In this document: positions 1 to 9,112 of the stretch, piece after piece
Position numbering within the stretch: position 1 is the first letter of the stretch
Layout: each line of letters begins with the position of its first letter
Assembly (NCBI GenBank): GCA_001804285.1
Contig: MHFR01000060.1
Coordinates: 34,442 to 98,441 of the forward strand
DNA: 64,000 nt
Source of the DNA: Candidatus Danuiimicrobium aquiferis
GTDB taxonomy: Bacteria; Omnitrophota; Omnitrophia; Omnitrophales; Danuiimicrobiaceae
Direction: 5' to 3'
Translations under genes and position numbers: made by a program
Notes under the pieces: generated by a model
What the model saw: only the letters and a program-made list of their open reading frames with translations
Database searches by the model: none
What the model was told of the DNA's origin: nothing

Positions 1-80
1 ATGGAAATGGACTGCAAGTTTTTATGCCAGCGCCATTCGTAACTGTTGTCACACTGTTTTTCTTAAGCGATCATCTATTC

Positions 81-602
81 CTATGTGCAGAATAAATCTT
101 CGCCGATATATTTTTGAATGCGTTCAATCGTATCAAGCGAAACATTCTCCGTCCCCCGCTCTATCCTTGATACAAACTGTTGGGTCAATCCCGCTCCGCG
201 TGCAAGATCTGCTTGCGTGATCTTCTTTGAACGCCTCACTTCACGGACCCTTTTACCGATCCTCGCCCGAAGAGAATTTTGCACAACTTGCACGGCTGGG
301 CGCCGCAACGCAATCCCCTGCGATTTCAATTTTTCGCTGAGGTGACGGTAAATCTCCTGCCAAAACTGGATCCGGCCATAATCTCTTCGATCTTTGCGCA
401 TGCGCCGCTTAATATTCTGCCATTGCATGCAAAAGTCTTCCTTCTTGAGGTACCGGCTGAAAACTTCCTTCGGAACATTATGCCGTGCCAGTAAAAGCGA
501 TGCATAATGAAGATAGCTTGGATGTTCTGGATTTTTCAAAATCTTGCGAATCTCTTCATCTGTACGCCGGACATCCCATTCCCATACCCGCGATGTCGTC
601 AC
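81..602 (-). CDS. XRE-family HTH protein (C-terminal HTH), putative antitoxin/regulator of the adjacent nucleotidyltransferase
   Basis: C-terminal IGKRVREVRRSKKITQADLARGAGLTQQFVSRIERG is a classic HTH_3; 4-nt overlap with the upstream gene. Confidence 0.8.
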   Translation of the reverse strand: MTTSRVWEWDVRRTDEEIRKILKNPEHPSYLHYASLLLARHNVPKEVFSRYLKKEDFCMQWQNIKRRMRKDRRDYGRIQFWQEIYRHLSEKLKSQGIALRRPAVQVVQNSLRARIGKRVREVRRSKKITQADLARGAGLTQQFVSRIERGTENVSLDTIERIQKYIGEDLFCT

Positions 603-1303
603 AAAATACCTCCGATCAGTTCGTCAATTTCGTGCTTGAAATGTCTTTCGATAACCACAAATTCAATCGGAGTTCTCGTTTTTAGCTCCGATAGCCCGAT
701 CTTCATCTCCGCACGGTTATATGTGTGATACCATCGGATCAACGCTTCCTTTTCGAGATCATCACAATAATCAAGCGCAAACAGAGATAAACGTTTATAA
801 GACGAAGAAAGCCGGTAAATATCGAAAAGGTCCTTGGCTTCTTGACGGCCTCCCAAAAACTGTTTACGCCCTACCCGATCCATCTCGGGCAACGTTCCGG
901 ATATCGCATGAATTTTCCTGAGATAAATATCCTCCAAAGACAAGATATCAACCCCATCAACCCGCTTTAAGGGGCGCAGAAGCTTTGTCACATCCTCTAC
1001 AAAATCAATTTTAAGTGATTCGTTTTTATTGATCATGAAGGCATAAATGGAAATCTTGGCAAATCCATCCTTGTGGCTTTGCTGGATCAATTTCATTTTT
1101 TTTCCTGTCGATCCCTCAATCAATTCAACCAACTCACGGATTTGGGCAGGTGAATAAGTTTGTGAGAAAAAATCCAAGTCATAGGAATCACGGTGCTGAA
1201 AATAGAATTTGGCTAAAGCCGTTCCCCCCGCGAGATAAAAGGACCCAGCGCGATCTTTAAGAGTTTGAAGGACAATATCTTGATATTTCAATATGGATTT
1301 CAT
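599..1303 (-). CDS. AbiEii/AbiGii-family nucleotidyltransferase toxin
   Basis: FYLAGGTAL..HRDSYDLDFF and KDLFDIY motifs; ATG at 1303 is preceded by a GAGGTG RBS. Confidence 0.8.
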   Translation of the reverse strand: MKSILKYQDIVLQTLKDRAGSFYLAGGTALAKFYFQHRDSYDLDFFSQTYSPAQIRELVELIEGSTGKKMKLIQQSHKDGFAKISIYAFMINKNESLKIDFVEDVTKLLRPLKRVDGVDILSLEDIYLRKIHAISGTLPEMDRVGRKQFLGGRQEAKDLFDIYRLSSSYKRLSLFALDYCDDLEKEALIRWYHTYNRAEMKIGLSELKTRTPIEFVVIERHFKHEIDELIGGIL

Positions 1304-1327
1304 CTGACTCACCTCTCTGGCTGCTAA

Positions 1328-1383
1328 ATAATACACATTATACTATGTAATGTCAATAGTAATACATATTATAATATGTATTA
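1328..1383 (-). promoter_or_regulatory. sigma70 promoter (TTGACA-17-TATTAT) with two palindromic operators
   Basis: -35 at 1351-1356, -10 at 1328-1333; perfect 24-bp palindrome at 1360-1383 and a related imperfect copy at 1330-1351. Confidence 0.7.
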
Positions 1384-1439
1384 TTTTACACCGGTGCATA
1401 CAGAAGTGCGTCCTTTTAAGGTTAAGTGGAGAGTATCTA

Positions 1440-1542
1440 TTTAGCGTTTTGAAACGATTAAGATATCCCCCCCCTCACCCTAACCCTCTCCCTACGGGAG
1501 AGGGTTAGGGTGAGGGGCGATGGTCAACTTCAAAACGCTAAA
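1440..1542. repeat. REP-like CCCCTCACCCTAACCCTCTCCC hairpin inside 14-bp inverted repeats
   Basis: tttagcgttttgaa...ttcaaaacgctaaa flanks the long hairpin; related copies at about 9411 and 20437. Confidence 0.8.
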
Positions 1543-1555
1543 CAATTACAGAATT

Positions 1556-3136
1556 TCAAACCTCTGGATTCCGGCCGGACTTGCCCATTTTGGGCCATAG
1601 GCGGGAAAAAATGATTCCGTCTTCCGCTTTCAGAATAAACGCAACCACACAATAAATGAGCGCACCGGCCGCAATCGTTCCGAACAATCCCCCGATTTTC
1701 CAGCTGAGTGCAGTATGTGAATCAAATTGAATGAGTCTTAAAATTGTAAGGCACGATAGCCCCATCACGCCGGCCGAAATGAGAATTTTCAGAAAACTTT
1801 CATTCAGTTTTTTCCAATCAAGCAATCCATACCGTTTTTGAAAAATATAGAGCAGCTGAATCACGCTGACCGCAGCGGCAATAGACGTCGCAAGCGCAAT
1901 CCCTCCCTGCTTCAGCGGATGCATCAGCGCCCAATTCAAAACGATATTCAGCAGCAAAGAAATGGCCCCGACTTTCACGGGCGTTTTAGTGTCCTGCAGT
2001 GAATAGAATGCCTGAACAATCAACCGAACCGCCGAAATAAAAAAAAGGCCGAGCGCATAATAACAAAGCGCAACCGCGGTACGGTCGGTATCAATCGCTG
2101 TAAAACGTCCGCGTTCAAACAACACCTTCACAATTTCACTCGACATCAGAAAAAGCCCGACCGTCGCCGGAATCGCAACAAATGCCATCACCCGCAAAGA
2201 GAAAGTAAGCGTTTTTTTCAATTCTTGCATATTTTTCGCCGCAGCCGAACGGGCCATATCCGGCAGAATGACCGTCGCAAGCGAAATCGTAAAAATCCCC
2301 AACACGAGTTCCATGACGCGGTCAGCATAATAAAGCTGCGACACACTTCCCTCCCGCAGGAAAGATGCCATGAGCGAATCGACAAGTAAATTGATCTGAA
2401 CAATTCCGATTCCAAAAATACTGGGCAAGAGCAAAAAGCCGACACGCCGAATCATCGGATGCTTAAATGAAAAACCGATTTTAAAATTCATCCCGACTTT
2501 TTTTGCCGCTGCAATCTGCATCAGCACCTGTAACACACCCCCTAATAAAACACCCAAAGAAACCGCCACGGCGGGCTGGGGAAAAAACCGTGCGGCAACC
2601 AAAGCGGAAAGGATGACGGAAACATTGAAATAAACGGGATTAAACGCCGGAACGATAAATTTCCCGAACGAATTTAAAATCCCGGTCAGAAGCGCCGCGA
2701 GTGACACCAAAGCCAGATATGGTGCCATCATCCGGGTGAGCAAAACGCACAGTTCAAACTTGTTTTTGATATGAATAAATCCGGGCGCCATGATGCGCAC
2801 AAAAACCGGCGCAAAAACAATTTCGAGGATGACCATTGCTGCCGTCACCAAGGCAAGCGTATAGAAAAACTTCCTCGTAAAATCCCAGAGTTCCTGTGCC
2901 GAATTTTTGGTTTTATATTCAACAAATACCGGAACGAATGCCGCACTCATCGCGCCTTCCCCGACCAGACGGCGGAAAAGGTTCGCAAGCCGGTACGCCA
3001 CCGTAAATGCATCCATTCCAAAACCCGCACCAAGAACCCATGCCAAGCTGGCATCCCGGACATAACCGAAAACACGGCTGCAGGTGGTGACTAAGCCGAC
3101 GCTCGTAGCAGATTTTAATAATTTGAGTTTAGACAC
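1556..3136 (-). CDS. murJ: lipid II flippase MurJ/MviN
   Basis: SRVFGYVRD, NLFRRLVGEGAMSAAFVP, YADRVMEL motifs; multi-TM. Confidence 0.95.
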   Translation of the reverse strand: MSKLKLLKSATSVGLVTTCSRVFGYVRDASLAWVLGAGFGMDAFTVAYRLANLFRRLVGEGAMSAAFVPVFVEYKTKNSAQELWDFTRKFFYTLALVTAAMVILEIVFAPVFVRIMAPGFIHIKNKFELCVLLTRMMAPYLALVSLAALLTGILNSFGKFIVPAFNPVYFNVSVILSALVAARFFPQPAVAVSLGVLLGGVLQVLMQIAAAKKVGMNFKIGFSFKHPMIRRVGFLLLPSIFGIGIVQINLLVDSLMASFLREGSVSQLYYADRVMELVLGIFTISLATVILPDMARSAAAKNMQELKKTLTFSLRVMAFVAIPATVGLFLMSSEIVKVLFERGRFTAIDTDRTAVALCYYALGLFFISAVRLIVQAFYSLQDTKTPVKVGAISLLLNIVLNWALMHPLKQGGIALATSIAAAVSVIQLLYIFQKRYGLLDWKKLNESFLKILISAGVMGLSCLTILRLIQFDSHTALSWKIGGLFGTIAAGALIYCVVAFILKAEDGIIFSRLWPKMGKSGRNPEV

Positions 3137-3141
3137 GAGTT

Positions 3142-4032
3142 CTACGCCTCCCCTTCAGGGTCATAATGAACCGTCACATCGGAATCGGGAAAACGTTCTT
3201 TAATTTTACCGATCAGTCTTTCGGTAATTTCGTGGGCGTGTCTAAACTTCTGTTCCTTGCGGATTTCAATATGGAAATCGATAAATTTCTTAGTGCCGAT
3301 TTTACGCGTTCTTAATTGATGATACCCTAACACATCCGGATAAAAACCGACAATAATTTCCTGAATCAACCTGTTTTCGGTGATCGGAAGCGCCCGGTCA
3401 ATGAGTTCGTCAACAGAAGTTCTCATAATCCCAATCGCCTCCTTGAGAACGTAACAAGCAATTCCGAGAGCGAGTAATAAATCCCAAATCGTTTGCCCCG
3501 TAAAGCGGACCAAAAGGAGTGAAACAATCACGACGCCGTTCATCAAATAGTCCATCGTGTAATGAAGAGTCTCTGTTTTCAAAATCAAAGACCCACTTTT
3601 TCTTCCGACGCGTTTAAGCCGTTGGGTCAGAATCAAAGTAAAAATAATTGAAATCACCATGACACTTATCGCCACCGGGACATGGTTAATTTCATATCCT
3701 TTCATAAATCGTTTGATCGCCTCATAAATAAGGTACACACCGCTTCCTGAAATAAACAAGCTCTGAAGCAATCCCGCAAGGCTTTCGATCTTTCCATGCC
3801 CATACTCATGCTCATGGTCCGCCGGCTTCTCGGCCTCCCGTAAAGAAACTAAATTCAATGTGGAAGTACATATATCCATGATCGAATCCACCGCCGAAGC
3901 AATCAACGAGAGAGACTGAGTCAACACCCCGACGATGAGCTTCATTAACATTAAAGTTGAAGCCGTCCCGATTGACCACACCATGGCTTGAAATTTCTCT
4001 TTTGGATCTGAACCCGGACGATTTGTCGTCAC
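3142..4032 (-). CDS. cation diffusion facilitator transporter (FieF-like)
   Basis: SAVDSIMD, KPADHEHEYGHGKIESL, C-terminal DVTVHYDP. Confidence 0.9.
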   Translation of the reverse strand: MTTNRPGSDPKEKFQAMVWSIGTASTLMLMKLIVGVLTQSLSLIASAVDSIMDICTSTLNLVSLREAEKPADHEHEYGHGKIESLAGLLQSLFISGSGVYLIYEAIKRFMKGYEINHVPVAISVMVISIIFTLILTQRLKRVGRKSGSLILKTETLHYTMDYLMNGVVIVSLLLVRFTGQTIWDLLLALGIACYVLKEAIGIMRTSVDELIDRALPITENRLIQEIIVGFYPDVLGYHQLRTRKIGTKKFIDFHIEIRKEQKFRHAHEITERLIGKIKERFPDSDVTVHYDPEGEA

Positions 4033-4820
4033 TGTTTACTCTCTCCTTTTGTACTCATGGGGATTTTAGGGGACAGGCGCGAATTTTTGTGCCGGTACCC
4101 TAAAATCTTTTTCTGTTCAATCGCTCTGCCCAGCACAATCGAAAGTTCAAACAAAAACCACAAAGGAAACGCAAGCATACATTGCGTAATCATATCCACT
4201 GTCGGCGTCAGGATCGCGGCAATGATAAACGCTCCTAAAATAATATATTTTCGCTGCGACGCCAAATAAGCAGCATTTAAAATCCCTGTCGATATCAGGC
4301 CGATGACAATCACCGGAATATCAAATACCACACCGAACGAAATCAAAATAGAAGAAAAAAATGAAACATACGAACCAATGGATATCATCGGCGCAAGTGT
4401 CTCGCTTCTAAAACCAAGAAAAAAGTTGAGGGCAAACGGAAGCACCATGAAATATGCAAACAAAACACCGCCGATAAAAAGAACCGTCGCAAGCAATATG
4501 AGCGGCGAAATTTCTTTTTTTTCATTCGGATAGAGCCCCGGCCCTATAAATGCCCACAGTTGCGCAAAAATAACAGGAAGTGAAAGCACCACGCCCGCAA
4601 TTAAGGCCAGCTTCATTTTGGTGAGAAAAGCTTCATACGGAGTTAAAAAATATAGCGACTGGACACTCCCTTCAATAGGGCGCGTCATCCACTTCATCAG
4701 GATGTCGGAAAAACAAAAACATAAGATAGAAAAAAGCGAAACCCAAATTAAGGAAAACAAAATTCTTTTCCTTAATTCTTCCAAGTGGTCGATCGCCGAG
4801 TGATTGTGTTCTTGAATCAT
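4029..4820 (-). CDS. tatC: twin-arginine translocase subunit TatC
   Basis: DHLEELRKR, QLWAFIGPGLYPNEKK, AAILTPTVD. Confidence 0.95.
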   Translation of the reverse strand: MIQEHNHSAIDHLEELRKRILFSLIWVSLFSILCFCFSDILMKWMTRPIEGSVQSLYFLTPYEAFLTKMKLALIAGVVLSLPVIFAQLWAFIGPGLYPNEKKEISPLILLATVLFIGGVLFAYFMVLPFALNFFLGFRSETLAPMISIGSYVSFFSSILISFGVVFDIPVIVIGLISTGILNAAYLASQRKYIILGAFIIAAILTPTVDMITQCMLAFPLWFLFELSIVLGRAIEQKKILGYRHKNSRLSPKIPMSTKGESKQ

Positions 4821-4871
4821 GGTAGGCAAATTATAAACTACTTCGAAGAAAAAGTCGTCGATAAAAAAGAG

Positions 4872-4916
4872 AGGGGACAGCGCCCTCTTTCTCGTTTAAA
4901 AAGGGCGCTGTCCCCT
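4872..4916 (-). terminator. REP-like GGGGACAG hairpin acting as probable intrinsic terminator
   Basis: aggggacagcgccct...agggcgctgtcccct with a T-rich tail on the minus strand, just after the stop at 4921. Confidence 0.7.
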
Positions 4917-4920
4917 TTTA

Positions 4921-6039
4921 TCAAATAAAATCCATGAAATTTGTGCCTGAATCCTCCCCGTCCATGTAGATTTGATTTTTCCCTAATTGACTCAACTGCT
5001 CTTCCAGTTGATTAACCTTCCCGGACATTTCCGTTTCTAATTCTGAATTTTCGGGATTCGAATTCAATGGAGCGATCCCCAAACTAACCGCAATGTTTAG
5101 TTTTTCCGCGCGCCATTCTATCTGATCCTCCATGAGATCGCTTTGAATTCGTTTCGCGATTTTCTGCACCAAATCCATGAACAAGACATTCATATATGCA
5201 GAATGCGCGCTCCCACCATTCCAATCATACATCTCACAAAATGCGATACAAAACTTACCCGGCGCATACCGGATAAAACTGTCTGTCGTGCGTATATTTT
5301 TCTGAATTTTTTCCGATATCATTTGAATACATAAATCGGCCATTGTATCGCCGTAACGCAGCCGAATCGCCTCTTCATCATTGATGATAATCACCGCCAC
5401 CGCACAAGGCCCTTTCGTTTTTTTGAATTGCCGGCATAAAAGTCCGAATGAATCTTCGAGAAACTGATAGTGATAATCGTTCTTAAGCGGATCTTTTGAA
5501 GCTTCCCGGCAGCGATATTCCACCTCAAACATGAGGCCGATTTGATCCGCAAGCTGCTCAAAGTGGTTCACCATTTCTTGGGAATAATGGCCTCCCTCAG
5601 CAGGCGGACCGATAAAAAACATCCCGTATAAATGCCCGCTTTTTCGCAACATAAATTCAAACTCCGTACCGTGAAGCTTTAAAATATGTTTAAGATTCAA
5701 ATTGTTCTCTGGGTTGGAAATATTGGCGCGTGAGCTTTCGTGGACCAGTTCGCTTGAAATATCGGCCTTCACCAAATTCTGCGGAAGTCTAAATTTCCCC
5801 CATGACATTCGAACTCTATAGTCTTGTGTCCGCGGACGAAATTCCAAAACAGCGGCATGGGAAACACCGCAAACCTCAATCAGAGAGGAACCGATTTGAC
5901 GCAATGCGCAATCGGTTGAAACCATCTGTTTCAGAAAGCCTTCTGTTTTTTTCATCATTTCGTCCCGGAGCATCATTTTAATATACCATTGGCTTTGAGT
6001 ATCCTCATTCCAGAATTCCATATATTGGTCCTCCTTCAT
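4921..6039 (-). CDS. degenerate GGDEF-domain protein with GAF-like N-terminal region
   Basis: DPLK..YHYQF, AVAVII, RYGDTMAD, IRTTDSFIRYAPGKF (GGDEF replaced), IAVSLGIA. Confidence 0.7.
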   Translation of the reverse strand: MKEDQYMEFWNEDTQSQWYIKMMLRDEMMKKTEGFLKQMVSTDCALRQIGSSLIEVCGVSHAAVLEFRPRTQDYRVRMSWGKFRLPQNLVKADISSELVHESSRANISNPENNLNLKHILKLHGTEFEFMLRKSGHLYGMFFIGPPAEGGHYSQEMVNHFEQLADQIGLMFEVEYRCREASKDPLKNDYHYQFLEDSFGLLCRQFKKTKGPCAVAVIIINDEEAIRLRYGDTMADLCIQMISEKIQKNIRTTDSFIRYAPGKFCIAFCEMYDWNGGSAHSAYMNVLFMDLVQKIAKRIQSDLMEDQIEWRAEKLNIAVSLGIAPLNSNPENSELETEMSGKVNQLEEQLSQLGKNQIYMDGEDSGTNFMDFI

Positions 6040-6455
6040 AAGTAAAACTCATCTGCGATTTTGCTTCACCCTATTCAAAATCTAACGCTATAGCGGATAA
6101 GAATACAAGAGGCAGCAAAAATATTTCCATGATAATAAAGTCCAAAGGAATGTTTGGTTTTCGAAAGGGGAAATGTAAAAATTTTTTGCTCTTCTAAAGC
6201 GGGAAAAATCCGGATGATAAAAAATGTGTAAAAAATTTTAGAACTGAAACCGTACCGGGTACGCGTCCCTTCCGTACATGGTACCGCGCCACACGGGGCG
6301 AGAGACAAGGGGCAACGGTACTCCGTCGCCACGAATCACGTTTCACGCAGAAAACAACGATCTTGCGAAATGCTTTATGTTCATAGGTTTATAATACCGA
6401 CAGACCTTTCAGGCCCATGATATTTAAAAGCGGTTTTATAAATCTCTAAAAGCAT

Positions 6456-6537
6456 GTCATTGCGAGAAGCACTGCAGAAGTAACACGCAAGCTTTATTTA
6501 AAAGCGGGATTGCTTCGCCCTTCGGGCTGGCAATGGC
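6456..6537. repeat. GTCATTGCGAG...GATTGCTTCG...GCAATG palindromic element
   Basis: terminal inverted repeat with internal hairpin; related copy at 13948-13998. Confidence 0.65.
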
Positions 6538-6611
6538 GGTATTTGTTGGTCTTACGATAACTATTAAATCGCTTCCAGTATGTTTAATCTTTACACAGGA
6601 GAATTTAAAAT

Positions 6612-7187
6612 TTACGAAGGTCCCATAGCTGAGGTTTGAACAGTCCCTAAAACAGCGTCTAACACCCATTGATTTGCTTTTGAACGATACACTAAATTTT
6701 TTTTCACCTTCTGGCACACTTCACGTTCGGAAAGGTTCAAAACAAACGACAGCTCTCGCATAAGTCCTTTCACGGCCCGTAACAACATCTCTCTTTTTCC
6801 TTTTGCTACCTGCCCGTTTTTTTCCCGGGAATAAATCAAAATAACTTTACTAAAGGCCCATGGCGTATTTTTTTCGATCAAACTCAAAACTTCTTTCGAA
6901 AGTTCTTGTATATTTTGGTTTTCATTACTTAAATCGTTTGTTTTCAAATAATTCAAAATTTTGTTTGCTTCTTCACGTGAAATGACCAGATGAAAACCGG
7001 AGGTATTTATTTGGCTCGCATCAATGATAAATTTAGCTCTTTTGAAACGAGCCTCTCTGGATTCAAGCGAGTAGTAATACTGCTCTTTCCCAGACTGAAT
7101 TTGTTTATTGATTTCTTTAATGCGGCAAAGACCGTGGCTGGAATGAAAAAGCAGGCAACCTTTTTTATACAATGTATTTTTTTTCAT
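6612..7187 (-). CDS. CarD-family-like transcriptional regulator (divergent)
   Basis: N-terminal YKKGCLLFHSSHGLCRIKEI..YYSL, GFHLVISREEANKIL and LMRELSFVL resemble the CarD architecture. Confidence 0.65.
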   Translation of the reverse strand: MKKNTLYKKGCLLFHSSHGLCRIKEINKQIQSGKEQYYYSLESREARFKRAKFIIDASQINTSGFHLVISREEANKILNYLKTNDLSNENQNIQELSKEVLSLIEKNTPWAFSKVILIYSREKNGQVAKGKREMLLRAVKGLMRELSFVLNLSEREVCQKVKKNLVYRSKANQWVLDAVLGTVQTSAMGPS

Positions 7188-7458
7188 TTAGACCTTTTGC
7201 TTCTGCTCCCACTAAATCACACTTAGATGCCCATAACGTCTTTAAATTTTACGGTTTCACGCCCTTATTGCCAGTAACAGTAAGCGATTACCAAAGTTTG
7301 TGACAAGCCAAATACCGCGGAGGATAAATCAAGGAGGAAAGATGAGTATTTGATTGACAGCTCAGGTTAGCTCCCATTCCTAATATCATTTCAATTTAAC
7401 AGGTAACAGAATTGTATACAATTAAATTCTTTCTCTGATTCTTTCTCTGATTTTTTCT

Positions 7459-8307
7459 CTAGTTTTCTTCACTCAAAGGTTGCACTGCTTCCTGCCGCCA
7501 TCGATTATGTCCCCATAGCGTCCAATCGGACGGGCGCTTCCGAATTTCATGTTCGAGAGTAGCCACATACTGCTGCGTATTTGCCGTTAAATCGGCCTGA
7601 AAATCACCGGTTTGGATCAGCGGAAATGGTTCGCCAAAAGCAAGAATAGAACGTTTGTCACGTTCGCGGTAATAAAAAGTCGGGATGATGGGTGTCCCAT
7701 ATTTTAAGGCAAGCATAGCCGGAAACCGGAATGTGGCCGCTTGACGACCGAAAAAATCCACATTCACAAAACCGGATTTAGCGTGGGCATCAAGCAGCAC
7801 CGCCACCACCTGATTTTCTTTCAGTAATTGAATCGTTTTTTTGACAGCACCTTTCCGGTCAATGTTCCTGAGCCCCGTAGATCCGCGAAGCCGTTTGATA
7901 TAATTATAAATAAACGGATTTTTCACGGGTTTTCCGATGGCATGGATCGGAATTCCTTTAGCGGCCGCAGCCACCCCCATCAATTCCCAATTTCCGAAAT
8001 GGGCCAAAACCAGAATGAGCCCCTTTTTCTCTTCCAAGGCTTTCCACACATATTCTTCTCCGTGCGTTTCAATAAATTTTCCGGAATTTTTCGCAATTTT
8101 GGGAATGTTGATAACCTCGAAAAAAAAGTCCACCATACCCGTCATGGACAACCGGCCGATCCTTCTGATTTCTGATTTTGATTTTCGCGGGAAAGCTGCC
8201 CGAAGATTGTTTATGGAAAAATTTCGGCGCCGGGTTCTAAGGAAAAGAAGAAATCCGATAACTTGCGCTATTTTTCTTTTGATAGAACTTGTCAAGAAGT
8301 TAAGCAT
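7459..8307 (-). CDS. lipid A biosynthesis acyltransferase (HtrB/LpxL family)
   Basis: AHFGNWE, VDFFGRQA, PAMLALKYG, W..H.RWR. Confidence 0.9.
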   Translation of the reverse strand: MLNFLTSSIKRKIAQVIGFLLFLRTRRRNFSINNLRAAFPRKSKSEIRRIGRLSMTGMVDFFFEVINIPKIAKNSGKFIETHGEEYVWKALEEKKGLILVLAHFGNWELMGVAAAAKGIPIHAIGKPVKNPFIYNYIKRLRGSTGLRNIDRKGAVKKTIQLLKENQVVAVLLDAHAKSGFVNVDFFGRQAATFRFPAMLALKYGTPIIPTFYYRERDKRSILAFGEPFPLIQTGDFQADLTANTQQYVATLEHEIRKRPSDWTLWGHNRWRQEAVQPLSEEN

Positions 8308-8549
8308 TGAAACGCAGATACCACCGACAATATACTGAACACGATAATATAGCTTTTTGATATGACCTCTACTGTGATCGCAAATTATTGATAATTGTTT
8401 TTAATATAAGCTGCTGCGCGAATTGCTTTTACTTAAATGGCATCCTATATTGATTAAATATTAAAGTCCATGACTATTGCTACTGTAACGTTTAACCCTC
8501 TCGGTTTTGTTAGAATAGTGTTTCTATGTCTCTCCTTTGATAGGATTGC

Positions 8550-8828
8550 CTAATGCTCCGTCCGGAAAAAAGCTCCAATACTTTCAATCGCCTCCATGGC
8601 ATCATCACCTTCGGCCTCTATATATATCTTTGATTTCCAAGCAACTGCCAAGACCAGGAGACCTAATATATTTTTCCCATCAGCCGTTATTTTCCCTTTT
8701 CGCACACGAATCACCGAACGAAACTGCCGTACTTTTTTCACGAATCGAGCAATTACCCGAAGGTGAAAACCAAGTCTGCTCGGCATGAAAACTTCAATTC
8801 TCCTGACCAAGGATTTATGCTCTTCCAT
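8550..8828 (-). CDS. HPr-family phosphocarrier (divergent)
   Basis: LGFHLR, ADGKNILGLLVL, IEAEGDDAMEA. Confidence 0.85.
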   Translation of the reverse strand: MEEHKSLVRRIEVFMPSRLGFHLRVIARFVKKVRQFRSVIRVRKGKITADGKNILGLLVLAVAWKSKIYIEAEGDDAMEAIESIGAFFRTEH

Positions 8829-8943
8829 AAAATTACTTTCTTTTGGTGAGCCAAAAGACATATTATTAGTATACGCTTCAGAAACCACAAAGAGTTATTT
8901 ATGTTACAGGGGGGTTTTTGGCTCTTACATACTTCTGATCGCT

Positions 8944-8963
8944 TGGAGGCGCGGGGCGGAATC
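8944..8963 (-). repeat. 20-bp exact duplicate of the tRNA-Cys 3' end
   Basis: tggaggcgcggggcggaatc is identical to 8995-9014. Confidence 0.9.
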
Positions 8964-8994
8964 TCCACCACACAACATTAGGCGGATCGATCCA

Positions 8995-9069
8995 TGGAGG
9001 CGCGGGGCGGAATCGAACCGCCGTATACAGGTTTTGCAGACCCGTGCATTACCACTTTGCTACCGCGCC
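8995..9069 (-). tRNA. tRNA-Cys(GCA) with encoded CCA
   Basis: GGCGCGGTAGCAAAGTGGTAATGCACGGGTCTGCAAAACCTGTATACGGCGGTTCGATTCCGCCCCGCGCCTCCA folds as a cloverleaf. Confidence 0.97.
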
Positions 9070-9112
9070 AGCTGACATTTTAAATAAATCCCATAAAATT
9101 AAATGGGAAGCT

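Noticed and set aside
13-29. sigma54 promoter TGGCAT...TTGCA on the minus strand
   Set aside because: GG-to-GC spacing is 11 nt rather than the required 10
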